A stretch of DNA of 64,000 bases from Promethearchaeota archaeon (GCA_019058445.1 JAHPZA010000003.1:292819-356818), one strand, 5' to 3'; shown: positions 21,547-34,000, counted from the first letter of the stretch. The notes: generated by a model not told the origin, from the letters alone. Translations and numbers: made by a program.

Positions 21547-22896
21547 ATGAGTAAAAAACCTAACATCGTATCATTTATAACTCACGATCAGGGTCAATTT
21601 ATCGGGTGTTATAATACACCTCAAATACCTAATTCGTTAAATACCCCAAATCTGGATAAATTAGCCTCAAAGGGCGTAAGATTTACAAATTATTTTTGTA
21701 CAGCTCCTCAATGTAGTCCTAGTCGAGGAAGTATTCAAACATCATTATATCCTCATCAGAATGGATTGATGGGACTTGTCAATAGAGGATGGACATTGCC
21801 ACTTGAAAATAAGACGATACCAATGTATTTGAAAGAAAATGGATATTCCACTCATTTAATAGGGTTACAACATGAAAGTCTAAAACCATCTGATTTAGGA
21901 TACGATACTCTTAGTGAGAGATTTTTTCATAAAGATCTCGAAATTGATTTTATGTATAATTGTAAATTAGTAGAAAACGAGTGTTTAAAGTTTTTTCAAA
22001 AACATAAAGAAGATGATTATCCATTTTATTTAAATATTGGAGTAGAAGAAGTTCATAGACCTTTCAAAAGTTGGGGAGACCCCGTAGATCCAAAATCCGT
22101 CGAAGTTCCTCCTTTTTTACCTGACAATGAAATTTTTAAAAAAGAACTTGCAGATTATTACGGAGCAATACATAGTGTTGATATTACAATTGGAAAAATT
22201 ATTAAGATGTTGGAAGAGATAGATTTACAAAAAAATACGCTCTTTATTTTTACAACTGATCATGGAAGTCCCTTCCCAAGAGCAAAAGCTACGTTATATG
22301 ACCCTGGAATTAAAACAAGTCTTATAATGTACCAACCAGATTCAGAATTATTTGAGGGAGGAAAAGTATTTGATAGTCTCCTAAGTAATCTTGATTACCT
22401 TCCAACCTTACTTGATTTCATTGGAGCAAAAGTTCCTGCGGAAATTGAAGGTAAGAGTTTTCTACCTATATTAAAAGGAGAAAAAGAGCAAGTGAGGATA
22501 GAAATTTATGGAGAAAAAACATATCATGATATTTACGACCCAATGCGTGGAATTAGAACTCATAATTATAAATACATCAAAAATTTTGAGGATATAGATA
22601 CCCTATACGTGCTGCCATTACCTATGGCAATGGCACCATCGGGTAAGTTCTTAAAGGACAAAATTAATAAACCCAGGGCAAAAGAAGAGCTATACGACCT
22701 ACAAAAAGACCCTCATGAAAGAAATAATTTAATAAATAATCCAGAATACAAGGAAATTGCCAATAATTTACGAAAAAAGCTTAAAGATTGGATGATAAGA
22801 ACGAAAGATCCACTTCTAAAAGGAAGGGTTAAACCACAATCTCAGGAAGCCTATGATAAGGATCTAAAGAAAAGAAAGAAGTTAAAAAATCTGTAA
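21547..22896 (+). CDS. Sulfatase (formylglycine type, sulfamidase-like)
   Basis: KPNIV..ITHD, CSPSR (CxPxR), TTDHG and ELYDLQKDPHE motifs. ATG 21547 preferred as start. Confidence 0.9.
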   Translation: MSKKPNIVSFITHDQGQFIGCYNTPQIPNSLNTPNLDKLASKGVRFTNYFCTAPQCSPSRGSIQTSLYPHQNGLMGLVNRGWTLPLENKTIPMYLKENGYSTHLIGLQHESLKPSDLGYDTLSERFFHKDLEIDFMYNCKLVENECLKFFQKHKEDDYPFYLNIGVEEVHRPFKSWGDPVDPKSVEVPPFLPDNEIFKKELADYYGAIHSVDITIGKIIKMLEEIDLQKNTLFIFTTDHGSPFPRAKATLYDPGIKTSLIMYQPDSELFEGGKVFDSLLSNLDYLPTLLDFIGAKVPAEIEGKSFLPILKGEKEQVRIEIYGEKTYHDIYDPMRGIRTHNYKYIKNFEDIDTLYVLPLPMAMAPSGKFLKDKINKPRAKEELYDLQKDPHERNNLINNPEYKEIANNLRKKLKDWMIRTKDPLLKGRVKPQSQEAYDKDLKKRKKLKNL

Positions 22897-22949
22897 TTGT
22901 TTTGTTAAATTTTCATAAAGAATTTAAATTGACAAATTTAAGAATATCC

Positions 22950-24239
22950 ATGACAGAGAAGAAACAAAAATATATTTTTCGATGTTTAAAGTGTAATGAA
23001 AATTTCAATGAGATAAGTAGCATAATCTCTAAGTGTCCTAAATGCTCAGGTCCGCTATCTGTAGAGATGAATATAGCACTATTAAAAGAATCTATTTCAC
23101 AAGAAAAATTCTATAAGCAAAAGATTGATTCAATGTGGTCTTTTTTTCAATTTCTACCATTACTCAATGAAAAGAATATCATTTCACTTATGGAGGGAAA
23201 CACACCGACTCTTAAAAGTAATCATTTATCAGAACAATTTGGTCTTAAAAATCTATATCTAAAGCTTGATTTTCTAAATCCTACAGGGTCGTTTAAAGAT
23301 CGGCAGATTTCAATGGGAATAAGTAAAGCCATTGAATTAAACAAAACCTCAGTAATTACTATGTCATCGGGAAATGTGGGAGCTTCTGTTGCTGCATATT
23401 CTGCGAGAGCAGGTCTAAAAAATATCATACTTATCCCATCAATAGCCCCAGAAAGTAAGATTATCCAAATAAAGCAATATGGAGGAAATGTGATTAAAAT
23501 TGAGTCTGATTCTACGAAGTTTATTTCCCAAATCGTCCAAGATGCGAGTAATAAGTTTGATATGGCAAATTTGATTACAGCTGGTATATACAACCCATTC
23601 ATTAATAAGGGTGCTAAAACAATCTCATACGAGATTGCTATTCAGAGTATGCCTAAAAATCTAGAATTTCCAGATGCAATTATTATCCCCGTTGGGGGAG
23701 CTGGATTGTTAAGCGGAGTTTTTGAGGGATTTCAAGAATTATATGAGTTAGATCTAATTGAACGCATTCCAAAACTGTTTGGAATTCAACCAAAAGGATG
23801 TGCTCCTTTTGTAAGAGCAATTGAAGAAAAACTTACGCCAGAATATTTATTTCAAAATCCTTGGAAGGATATTAATACTATTAGTACTGCGCTTGCCGAT
23901 GATATTCCATTAGATTGTTATACCGGGATTCCCGCGATCAAGCATTCCGGAGGAAATGCAATAGCCGTATCAGATGAGGAAACTTTGGTTGCTGGAAAAC
24001 AATTAAGTAATTTAGAAGGTATGTTTGCAGAGCCTTCTAGTTGCACGACTATTGCTGCAATTCCAAAATTATTGGAAAAGAATTTGATTCAAGCAGATGA
24101 AAATATTTATTGTCTAATAACTGGAAGCGGATTTAAGGATATCAAATCCATTGAACCGATGCTCCCGAAGTCGATAAAGGTTAAAAAAGATTTCGATTGG
24201 GAAGCCTTATTCGATAAGATATTAAAAAATAAGATCTAA
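22950..24239 (+). CDS. Threonine synthase-like PLP enzyme with N-terminal Zn ribbon
   Basis: CxxC..CxxC, NPTGSFKDR (PLP lysine), SSGN, PVGGAG, EPSS and TGSGFK. Confidence 0.85.
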   Translation: MTEKKQKYIFRCLKCNENFNEISSIISKCPKCSGPLSVEMNIALLKESISQEKFYKQKIDSMWSFFQFLPLLNEKNIISLMEGNTPTLKSNHLSEQFGLKNLYLKLDFLNPTGSFKDRQISMGISKAIELNKTSVITMSSGNVGASVAAYSARAGLKNIILIPSIAPESKIIQIKQYGGNVIKIESDSTKFISQIVQDASNKFDMANLITAGIYNPFINKGAKTISYEIAIQSMPKNLEFPDAIIIPVGGAGLLSGVFEGFQELYELDLIERIPKLFGIQPKGCAPFVRAIEEKLTPEYLFQNPWKDINTISTALADDIPLDCYTGIPAIKHSGGNAIAVSDEETLVAGKQLSNLEGMFAEPSSCTTIAAIPKLLEKNLIQADENIYCLITGSGFKDIKSIEPMLPKSIKVKKDFDWEALFDKILKNKI

Positions 24240-24254
24240 CAAGATAAAAAAAAA

Positions 24255-26231
24255 TTAATCAGAAGCAAGATCTGCTAAAAATCCTGCATCAATTTTATTA
24301 TATTCTTCTGCATACTTTACTCCATATTTTTTCCCTGTTTCCCCATAAACATATTTAACTAGCAAATTCACTCTAATTGCATTTGGGACGTCTTCCTCCA
24401 GTAATTCCACGTATAATCTGTTAGCTCGTGCTAATAACAGGTTCTGATGGAACCAATTTTTAAGGACTGTTTTATGTTCACTAATAGCTTGGATTTTATC
24501 ATCTATGAAGTCTGTAATATCCACATGAAAGTTTATGACAGTGGGATTTCTCGCAAATAGATATCTCTCTCCAGGCAAATGAATTTCTAATCCTTCCTCA
24601 AAATGTTCAGGATAGCATAAATCAAACGAGCTCTGCCAGCACGCCTCGTTAACTGCCTGTGCAGTTATGATATGATCCATGTTTTCTTCATCAGTTCCGT
24701 TTAAATCAAATGAAACTACAATATCGGGTTTATATTTTCGTATCAGATAAATTAATCTTTTCCGTAATTCCATATAATCCACTCCAACTAATGTATCAGT
24801 TGGATAATCCATATGGACTATTTCCTCTGCCCCCAATCTTTTATATGCCCGCTCGACTTCTTTTCGATTTCTTTTATATCCTTGTTCAGCAGTAATTCCT
24901 ACACAATCCCAATAATCGTCCGTAATTCGGATACATATCAATTTATTTCCCTCAGCTGAAAGTTTTTTAAGAGTCCCTCCAGCCCATATCGTAAGATCGT
25001 CAGCATGTGTTCCAAAAGCTACTACAGTTTTATACACAAATAAATCTCGAACTGTTCTCCTCACTACCTCAGCAGCTTCCTTACCAATTGATTCTGTTTC
25101 ATGTCCGATAAACTTACCATCAACAATGTCATCGACCCAAACTTGAGGTTTCAAACTAAATTGATCTAAGGGAATAAAATACCCAATAGAATCATTAGAA
25201 TTAGAAATAAACATTATCTCTTTTTCTGAGTTATTATTAAGAATTTTGGTAAATAAACCTGGAAAAGGTTCACCAGGTACATGTACAATATGTAAATTTC
25301 CAATCCGGACTTTACTAATAGTACTTATCGCGTTATTGTCTTCTTTGAGTTCTCTTTCAAAAATCCCAATTGCAAATAAAAATTGAAAATCTGGATTCTC
25401 AAGCTTCATATCAACTCTTCGATGTCTTATCTCAATCGGGGATACTTCCAATTTTACTGCTTTAGGAAAGATATTTTGAATCTCTGAAAACACATCTTTT
25501 GCAAATAATTCCATTTTTTCGTATCCTGCTTCACAATATATTGGTGATTGTGAACCACATAAACCCATTCCAAATAATGAGATTCCTCCGAATTCTTTTT
25601 CTATCATATCACACACAATTCCGGGATAATCCGCTGAGATAGATACATTTTCTCTAGTTGTTATCTCTGGTTGGGCGGCATATGTCCATAAACTGCCAAT
25701 TACTTTATTATTTGATACAAATTTTACAACTTTTAGATCTCCATTTATATCATCTTTTATTCGGTAATTTTCTACAAGCTTTTCTAAGTTTGATTTTGTC
25801 AAGTAGAGCTCAGCATCTTCAAGGTTTTGTTCAGCTTCTATTACTGCTTGGACTATGCTCTCAATTAAAAAAAATTGGTATTTCTTATTAATTCCATTCA
25901 CTCCTATAAGGGGGCCCCATAAACCCATTGTATCAGGTCCTGCATGAGTGTGGGTGGCCCAGACATAAATTTGTCTTTCTTTATAATCATAAGCAGATAA
26001 TCTATCGCGGACTCTATCTATAAAATCTGCCATTAAACCAATACATTCTACTGATACTAATACGATCTTGGTAGTTCCATCTGATAAAACCATTGCCCGA
26101 GCATAGATGGGATCATGAACATCTTTAATTTTAGGAGCCATCATTGTCAAATATCCCGCGATATAACAATCTCCGATATCGGGTGGAGGAACGATATTTC
26201 TTTTTGATGTTCCACATTTCAATACGGTCAT
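24255..26231 (-). CDS. Neutral-ceramidase-like amidohydrolase fused to a PIG-L/LmbE de-N-acetylase
   Basis: N-terminal VHDPIYARA, ATHTHAGP, SADYPG and PGEPF motifs. C-terminal THADD..AGG and DH motifs. Confidence 0.8.
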   Translation of the reverse strand: MTVLKCGTSKRNIVPPPDIGDCYIAGYLTMMAPKIKDVHDPIYARAMVLSDGTTKIVLVSVECIGLMADFIDRVRDRLSAYDYKERQIYVWATHTHAGPDTMGLWGPLIGVNGINKKYQFFLIESIVQAVIEAEQNLEDAELYLTKSNLEKLVENYRIKDDINGDLKVVKFVSNNKVIGSLWTYAAQPEITTRENVSISADYPGIVCDMIEKEFGGISLFGMGLCGSQSPIYCEAGYEKMELFAKDVFSEIQNIFPKAVKLEVSPIEIRHRRVDMKLENPDFQFLFAIGIFERELKEDNNAISTISKVRIGNLHIVHVPGEPFPGLFTKILNNNSEKEIMFISNSNDSIGYFIPLDQFSLKPQVWVDDIVDGKFIGHETESIGKEAAEVVRRTVRDLFVYKTVVAFGTHADDLTIWAGGTLKKLSAEGNKLICIRITDDYWDCVGITAEQGYKRNRKEVERAYKRLGAEEIVHMDYPTDTLVGVDYMELRKRLIYLIRKYKPDIVVSFDLNGTDEENMDHIITAQAVNEACWQSSFDLCYPEHFEEGLEIHLPGERYLFARNPTVINFHVDITDFIDDKIQAISEHKTVLKNWFHQNLLLARANRLYVELLEEDVPNAIRVNLLVKYVYGETGKKYGVKYAEEYNKIDAGFLADLASD

Positions 26232-26388
26232 AACTTATTCTTTCCTTTAGTTATTTAGTTCTATATTATGATAGTGTAATTATTGTAACATATTTGAATT
26301 CTATTATTTAATACTATTAATTTCAAGTTTAGGAGATAATGATAAAGAAAGAAAATAAAAAAAGGAAGAAATTAGAATAGAATCTAAT

Positions 26389-27774
26389 TTATAATTGTTT
26401 TTGCTTTAAAAGTTCTGAATTTTCTTCAACTTTGGCTTTATCTAATTTATATGCTTTCCATATGAGTAAAAATGCTAGGAAGTAAAAGGCCATAGGAATC
26501 CCTGCCATAAGTAGTCGAATTCCAAATTGTGCGAGTAATGTCTGAGAGTTTTGTCCAGGAACCGCACCTGCTCTATAACCTGTAAGAGGATGAATTACCG
26601 CAAATGAAACTGCTTGTATTATTATAGAAATTCTTTCAAAAAAGATCCTAATTCCAGTCAAAGCTCCTTCATTTCGTTTTCCTGTTCTCACTACTATATC
26701 ATCAACAACATCCGAAAATGTAGGATACATGAGAACCCAGAAACATCCAATACCTATTCCAATAAGAGCTATGATTATAGTAGTGCTTAGTATATCGCTC
26801 ACAAAAAATAATGGAAAAAATAAAATCGTAGTAATTAATGTTCCGTAAGTTACAGCCTTTTTATTTCCTATTTTTCGACCTATCTTAGTCCATATGGGAA
26901 CTGAAATCAAAACTGCCACAAGAAATCCTGCAGCCATTACAGTTTCAAGCTCAGGGTCTGAAGATCCTATTATATATTTGTTCCAATATGGTAGAGAAGC
27001 GAGCATCATAACAGTCATGACAGCGTGTCCTAATGCTATAAGGACGTATGCTAGGAAATTTTTATCCTTAATTCCATAACTCAAGACTTTCCAAAAAGAA
27101 TCTTTTTCTTTCTGTTCTTCTAAAATTCGTAATTGACGCTCGATTAATTCCTCATCTTCTTTCATACCCGATAGTGAAAGTATCGCCATAATAAAACCAA
27201 TAATTGACACGACTAATGCTGCGATAATAAAGGATGAGACATCGCCATAAACAATAATTAAAGGAGGGATTAAAACGCCTAAAGCTATTCCTAATACTCC
27301 CCAAGCTGTATTTTGTGCTCCAGCCCGAGTTCTTTCTGCAATTGATCGAAATTTATCTGGGAAAAGCGAGAGGTAATTTACAATAAACATAGAGTATAAA
27401 AATTCAAATAGGCAAATAGTAATCAGAAGCCATATAAACATCCCAATCTCATCAGTAAAGGGTACTGTGAAAATGAAAAGATATACCCACACAAAGGAAA
27501 GAGCACCTGCAGCGAAGAATGGAAATCTACGACCCCAACGTTTTGTAAAGCTAAATTTTTTATCAGAAATCCATCCTAACAAAGGATCATTAATCATATT
27601 CCAAATTCCGTAGATAACAAATGCTAATCCCACCCAAAAGATAGTAAGAAGTAATTCATTTTCATAGAAATCAATAACTCTTACGGTGAATGCTGCTGTG
27701 AAGAAATTATCAACAAAGCCACCAATTCCATATGAGATATATACAAATCTCGAATACTTAGACTTCTCACTCAT
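26389..27774 (-). CDS. GPH/MelB-family MFS transporter
   Basis: WNMINDPLLGWISD and WGRRFP motifs. Confidence 0.9.
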   Translation of the reverse strand: MSEKSKYSRFVYISYGIGGFVDNFFTAAFTVRVIDFYENELLLTIFWVGLAFVIYGIWNMINDPLLGWISDKKFSFTKRWGRRFPFFAAGALSFVWVYLFIFTVPFTDEIGMFIWLLITICLFEFLYSMFIVNYLSLFPDKFRSIAERTRAGAQNTAWGVLGIALGVLIPPLIIVYGDVSSFIIAALVVSIIGFIMAILSLSGMKEDEELIERQLRILEEQKEKDSFWKVLSYGIKDKNFLAYVLIALGHAVMTVMMLASLPYWNKYIIGSSDPELETVMAAGFLVAVLISVPIWTKIGRKIGNKKAVTYGTLITTILFFPLFFVSDILSTTIIIALIGIGIGCFWVLMYPTFSDVVDDIVVRTGKRNEGALTGIRIFFERISIIIQAVSFAVIHPLTGYRAGAVPGQNSQTLLAQFGIRLLMAGIPMAFYFLAFLLIWKAYKLDKAKVEENSELLKQKQL

Positions 27775-27931
27775 TTCCAACACTTTATTTTAATTTTACA
27801 AAAAATAATATTATTTCAAAAAATATAGCTAAATGTTAATTTTTTTTTGATCTATAAATAATTAATTATCATAACTTGGAAAATAGCGATATTGAAAAAT
27901 AACAAATAGTTAAAGGTATAAAGTGATTATC

Positions 27932-28939
27932 ATGAAAGCAGCCGTTTTTGATGGAAAGGAGATTAAAATTAAAGAAGTTCCAAAACCTCATCCAACAATT
28001 ACTCAAGCGTTGATTCGTGTAAAAGCAGCAGGAATCTGCGGAACTGATATTGCCATAATGAAGGGAAATTTGCCCGCTCCGGCAAATCTCATTCTGGGTC
28101 ATGAATTTGCGGGAGAGGTTGTCGAAGTTGGAAATGAAGTTGATTCCTCTTGGATCGGTAAAAAAGTAACCTCTGAAATTAATAGCAACATTGATTTTGA
28201 TTGTTTTTATTGTAAACGTGAAATTTTTACTCAATGTATCTCAAGAAAAGCACTTGGAATTGATATTGATGGTGCTTTTGCAGAGTTTATTGCTGTTGAA
28301 TCATATTTATTACATGAAGTTCCTGAATCAATCTCGTATGAAGAAGCCACATTTATAGAACCATTAGCAGCAGCTTTTCAAACATTTGAGATGATGCCCT
28401 TAGAGGCAGATGATAATGTAGCAGCAATCTTTGGCCTTGGAAAATTAGGCCAACTACTTATACAAGTTGCGAAGTTAAAAGGTCTTGAACTGGTTGCGGT
28501 AGATGGATCTGAGAAAAAATTAGCTCTAGCTAAGAAATTTGGTGCTTCTCATGTTATTAACCGTATTGAAGCAAAGGATATACCCCAAATCATTCAAGAT
28601 TTGACAAATGGCTTAGGTGCTGATATCGTTATTGATAGTTCGGGGAATCCAGATGCTTTAAAAGATATAATTTCATCTTGTAGGATTCGAGGAAAATTGC
28701 ATATAAAAAGTACCCATGGCTTAGCAACTCCGATAAATCTCACAGATATCGTTGTTAGGGAATTAACTCTCTATAGTAGTAGATGTGGACCTTTTGAAAA
28801 AGCAATTGGAGCATTAAAATCTAGAAAAATCCATGTAAAAGAATTAATTTCGGATGTATATCAGCTTAGTGAAATAAAAGAAGCATTCACTTCTTATGAA
28901 AAAAATCGAGAAAATATAAAAACAATAATTAAGATATAA
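27932..28939 (+). CDS. Zinc-dependent alcohol dehydrogenase (MDR family)
   Basis: GICGTD, LGHEFAG, EPLA and GLGKLG motifs. Confidence 0.92.
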   Translation: MKAAVFDGKEIKIKEVPKPHPTITQALIRVKAAGICGTDIAIMKGNLPAPANLILGHEFAGEVVEVGNEVDSSWIGKKVTSEINSNIDFDCFYCKREIFTQCISRKALGIDIDGAFAEFIAVESYLLHEVPESISYEEATFIEPLAAAFQTFEMMPLEADDNVAAIFGLGKLGQLLIQVAKLKGLELVAVDGSEKKLALAKKFGASHVINRIEAKDIPQIIQDLTNGLGADIVIDSSGNPDALKDIISSCRIRGKLHIKSTHGLATPINLTDIVVRELTLYSSRCGPFEKAIGALKSRKIHVKELISDVYQLSEIKEAFTSYEKNRENIKTIIKI

Positions 28940-28940
28940 C

Positions 28941-29861
28941 TTATTTAATTAGGTTTGAGATCAAGATATCCATTAGTTTGGCTGGTCCGGTTGATTCCTT
29001 AAAATCCATGCAATATGTAATAGGTGCCGAATTTTCTTTATCATTATCTAAAACCGTTACTCTACCAAAAATTTCGTCAGTATCTACTCTTAAATAAACA
29101 TCTCTCGTAGTAAACAGTTCTGGTTTTAGGAGATAAATTGGTACTAAAGTATCAAATGGATAAAAACCATTAATTTTGTTAAATTTCCATAAATTCATCC
29201 AATAAACTATATAATCATAAATAAATTGGGGGATTGGCTTCTGTACTTCTTTTATTTTCATTAAATGCTTTTCTTGAAAAAGAACTTTTTTACATATATC
29301 AAGTCCTACGCCAATTCTAGGGGTACTGGTATTAGTTTCTATAAATAGTTGTGTTGCAAAGGGGGCGCTATGGAAGTTAAACTCTGTAGTTTTAAATAAT
29401 TCACCTAAGTCAAAGAGAGATTTATTATCCTCAATAGGTTCCAACAATCCGCCCATAAAAATAATTGTTTTTAAATCATCAAATAATTCAGGATAATGCT
29501 GCAAAGCTGTTGAGACATTTGTTAAGGGGCCTAATGGCATGAGAATTAAATCATTTGGTTGTTCTTTAACCATGTTAATAATAAAATGTGAAGCTTCGTT
29601 TAATTTTCCTAATTCTCTCTTTGATTTTGCACCTAATTTACAAGGAATATCCGGTTGAGCAGCAATCTCCAAATATTTTCTCAATAAAGAATATCCCTTA
29701 TTAACTCTTGTATTTCCGTATACTGTAGTGATTCCTTCAATTTCGAATATATCTTGATTATTTAACATAAAAAATAATGCTAGTCCATCATCAACGTCAG
29801 CACCATTATGACCAAGCCCGGGATCCGTATCAATTAAAACTCGATGTTTTTTCTCACTCAT
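28941..29861 (-). CDS. Nucleoside hydrolase (IU-NH family)
   Basis: IDTDPG..DVDD, TVYGN, LGPLTN, MGG and EFNF motifs. Confidence 0.9.
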   Translation of the reverse strand: MSEKKHRVLIDTDPGLGHNGADVDDGLALFFMLNNQDIFEIEGITTVYGNTRVNKGYSLLRKYLEIAAQPDIPCKLGAKSKRELGKLNEASHFIINMVKEQPNDLILMPLGPLTNVSTALQHYPELFDDLKTIIFMGGLLEPIEDNKSLFDLGELFKTTEFNFHSAPFATQLFIETNTSTPRIGVGLDICKKVLFQEKHLMKIKEVQKPIPQFIYDYIVYWMNLWKFNKINGFYPFDTLVPIYLLKPELFTTRDVYLRVDTDEIFGRVTVLDNDKENSAPITYCMDFKESTGPAKLMDILISNLIK

Positions 29862-30057
29862 AATCCTAAAATATCCTCTAATTTGATTTTAGAAATATTT
29901 TTTCTAATTAATTTTTATCGCATATAGATTAATTACTTAAGACTTATTTCTAAAACGAATAAGAGTTAGCCTTTTAATCAAATTAAAAGGGAAAAAAAAC
30001 CTTTCTATCAAAAGAAACTAATTTTTATCTAAATAAGATTGAGTGGAGATAAAAAAA

Positions 30058-30840
30058 ATGAAGCAGCATCATAAAAATGCAATCGAAAAACTAACTGAAA
30101 GTCTTAAAAAAGATGATCGGTATTTAGCCGTAATCATCACTGGCTCAGTCGCAAAAGGTGAAGAAAGGGATGATTCGGATATTGATTTTATTTTAGTGGT
30201 TACAGATGAGGAATATAAAAAGAGAAAAAGAAGGAATCGACTTATGTTCTTCGATACTCAATATTGCGATTATCCTGGAGGGTATGTTGACGGTAAAATT
30301 GTAAATCTCGCTTTTTTAAAGATTGTTGCTGAACGAGGTTCTGAACCCGCGAGAGATGCATTTAGGGATGCATGGATTGCCTTTTCTAAGATCCCTGAAC
30401 TCGAGGAAATTTTAAAAAAAATTCCTATTTATCAGAAAGATGAAAAAGCTGAAAAAATTCAGAGTTTTTTAGCCCAATTTGATATAGCATATTGGTTTAT
30501 AGGAGAAGCAGAAAGAAGGAAAGATAAATATTTATTAACTCGTGCAGCTACAGATCTCGTATTATTCGGAGGAAGATTAATTTTAGCTCATAATGAAATT
30601 ATATACCCATACCATAAATTATTCATGAATGCATTGAAAAAAGCGCCTGAAAAACCTGAAAATCTTATTGAATTAATAGAGGAATTATTAAAGGAGCCAA
30701 ATTCTAAGAACGCTCAAGCTTTATATGATACCATTAAGAGTTTTAAAAAGTGGAGGATAAAGGGATTTCCTAGTGTTCAATTCATGATTGATACCGAATT
30801 GGCATGGTTTGAGGGTAAACCTTATATCGGAGATATTTAG
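30058..30840 (+). CDS. Pol-beta-superfamily nucleotidyltransferase
   Basis: ITGSVAKG..DSDID motif followed by a helical C-terminal domain. Confidence 0.82.
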   Translation: MKQHHKNAIEKLTESLKKDDRYLAVIITGSVAKGEERDDSDIDFILVVTDEEYKKRKRRNRLMFFDTQYCDYPGGYVDGKIVNLAFLKIVAERGSEPARDAFRDAWIAFSKIPELEEILKKIPIYQKDEKAEKIQSFLAQFDIAYWFIGEAERRKDKYLLTRAATDLVLFGGRLILAHNEIIYPYHKLFMNALKKAPEKPENLIELIEELLKEPNSKNAQALYDTIKSFKKWRIKGFPSVQFMIDTELAWFEGKPYIGDI

Positions 30841-31052
30841 TAAGCTACTTATATTTTATAAATATTTTTTTACCACAAATCCAAGAAATCTCTTTTCTAT
30901 TCAAAATTTGTGTTGAGAATATTTGTTTTTCGTTACTATAAATTATAAACGATAAGACAAAAGTATATAAAAAAAATCTTAAATTATCAAATTAAGCTAT
31001 TATGTATTAGCTCATTATATACTATTCTATATATATAAAAAGGGGATTAGTT

Positions 31053-34000
31053 TTGAGTAAAGCAAGGGCCGGCTCAAGTCCTTTTGAGGAGAAAGGAGCA
31101 TTCTTATTTAAGCATCTTCCCATGCCCTCTTACGCTTGGCAAATTGTGGAGAATGACCTGATTCTAATTGACTATAATAATGTTGCTTTTGAAATTACTG
31201 AAGGAAGAATCGAGAAATATTTAAAGATTAAAGCTACAGAATTATATAAGGATCAGCCTGAAATTCTTGAGGACTTAAGAAAATGTGTTAGGGAAAGAAC
31301 TAATTTTTTCAAAGAAATAAAATATAAATTTACTTCTGTTGATCTTGAGAGATATTTTTCAGTTAATTACGGTTTTATACCACCTGATATAGTTATCGTT
31401 CATACAAATGATATTACAGAGAAAAAACAAATCGAATTCCAAAAGCAGCAACTTGAAGAAAAGTTAATCAAATTAACAAAGGAATTAAGTATAGTTAATC
31501 AAGAATTAGAACAGAAATATCATTATAAATCTAACCAATTACTAAAATCAGAAGAGAAGTATAAAATTATAACTGAGAATGCTAATGACATTATTATAGT
31601 ATTTAATAGGGAATTTAAAATTGAATATTGCAACGAGAAACCGCTAAATCAAATTCTAGGTTATAAAATTGAAGAACTTATTGGAATGTATGGATATGAA
31701 TTAATTCACCCTGATGAAAAAGAAACAGTTATAGCAGGATTCATGAAAGGGAGAGAAACCGGCAAAAGCGTTGTTGTAGCAAGAATAAGACATCAAAAGG
31801 GGTATTATATTTGGATTGAAGCCACTGGAAGGGTTTTTACAGACAAAAATGGGATAAAAAAAGATGTTGTAATTGTGAGAGATATTTCTGATCGTAAATT
31901 AGCAGAAACAAAATTACTTAATTCAGAATTTGAGCTAAAGGAGAGAGTTAAGGAACTTAGTGCCTTATACCATATCTCTAAAATTTTTGACATTTCAAAT
32001 ATTTCTGTTGATGATGTATTATATGATGTTACCAATTTTTTACCAGCTGCTTTTCAGTATCCCAATATAACATGCGCTAGAATAAGGTATAACACTAATG
32101 AGTATAGAACTATTAATTTTAAAGAGACAGATTTAAAAATCTCAATTAAAGAAAGAATTAATGAAAAATTATTAACAATTGATATATATATTCTCGAAGA
32201 TAAACCATTTTTAGAGGAAGAGGTTTATTTTCTAAATGACATTGGAAAACGCTTAAAAAATTTCTTAGAAAAAAAAGAAACTGAACAATATTTAAGAAAA
32301 TCTGAAGAAAAATACCGTCTTATTTCTGAAAATGCTAATGATTTGATTGTTATAGTAAGTAAGGAGGGAATAATAGAGTATGTTAATAAAAGACCTCTAT
32401 TAAAAAATTTTGGATATAGTTTAACTGAAATAATAGGGAGAAAACCAAACGAATTTATACATCCTGATGCGCTAGAAGAAGGAGAATTTAATATTATAAA
32501 ATATCTTAAAAAAGGAAAAAAAAACATAAATGCGAGACTCCGGCATAAGAAAGGCTATTTTGTTCCCGTTGAATTTAGTATAAGCTTATTTATAGATGCT
32601 TATAAAGAACCAAAACAACTCGTAATTGTTAGAAATATATCTAAACGACAAGAAGCTGAACAAAAATTAAAAGAATCAGAAGTAAAATATAGACTAATAA
32701 CAGAAAATGTAAATGACCTAATCTCGATTGTGAACGAAGAATTAAAATATGAATATATTAATGAAAATGTCACACAAGAAATGAGGGGTTTTTCAAGGGA
32801 GGATAGAATTGGCAATTCACCCATTGATATACTCCATCCGGATGATATTGAAAAAGCTAAGAGGGCGATACTTGAAGCTTTTGAAGTTGGGGAGGGAAGA
32901 TTAGAAGTCAGATTAATAAATAGAGATGGAGGATATGATTGGTTCGATGTTAAAGGAAAAACTTTTATTGACATAGATGGGAAAAAGAAAATTCTTCTAG
33001 TCTCAAGAGATTTGAACGAGAGAAAAGAAGCCGAAAAGAAGCTTAGAGAATCAGAAAAAAAATATAGGCGTCAATTTGAAGATTCTCCGAATATGATTCT
33101 TCTCCTTAATTCAAGTGGTACTATTATAGATGTCAATCCAGCTTTTCTACTCAATTCAATTCATAATAAGGGAGAACTAATTGGAAATAATTTTCAACAT
33201 ATTAGTGGATTCGGTACATTACATATGCCACTTTTTCAAGAGAAATTCGCAGAATTATTAAATATAGGGCATCTAAAACCTATTGAACTTCAAGTACATC
33301 TGAAAGACAATCAATTAAAATGGATTTCTTTACAAGCTTCTGTTATAGATATAGATGGAGTTAAATTAGTACAAGTAATAGCACAAGATATCAATGAACG
33401 TAAAGAGGCAGAGCAAAAATTAATAGAATCCGAAGAAAAATATCGCCTTATAGCAGAAAATGCCAACGATATGATTTATGTTCTAAATAAAGATTATAGG
33501 TTTGAGTATATAAATGAAAGTACATTAATGAAACAAATGGGTTATACTAGTGAAGAGCTAATCGGCAAAATGCCATTGGAATATATACATCCAGAAGATA
33601 TAGGTAGGGTTCGTAAGGGGTTAAGAAAAGGATTTGGAACAGGTCAAGGTACGATTGAGGTTAGAATCATGGATAAAGAAGGTAAATATCATTGGGTTGA
33701 AATTCGAGGACAAACATTTATAGATTCTGATGGAAAGCTTAAAGCTTTATCAATAGCTCGAGATATTAATGAACGAAAAATAGCTGAACAACAAATAAAA
33801 GAGTCAGAAGAAAAATTTAGGACTATTGCTGAGCAGTCTTTTCTTGGTATCGCCATAATACAAGATAATCTGCTTAAATATGTAAATCAAAAACTTGCTG
33901 ATATCTTTGGTTATTCGATTGAAGAAGCAGATACTTGGCAAGTCGGAGAGTTTTTAAATGTAATTCATCCCGAAGATAAACAATTTGTAGCCAAACAGGC

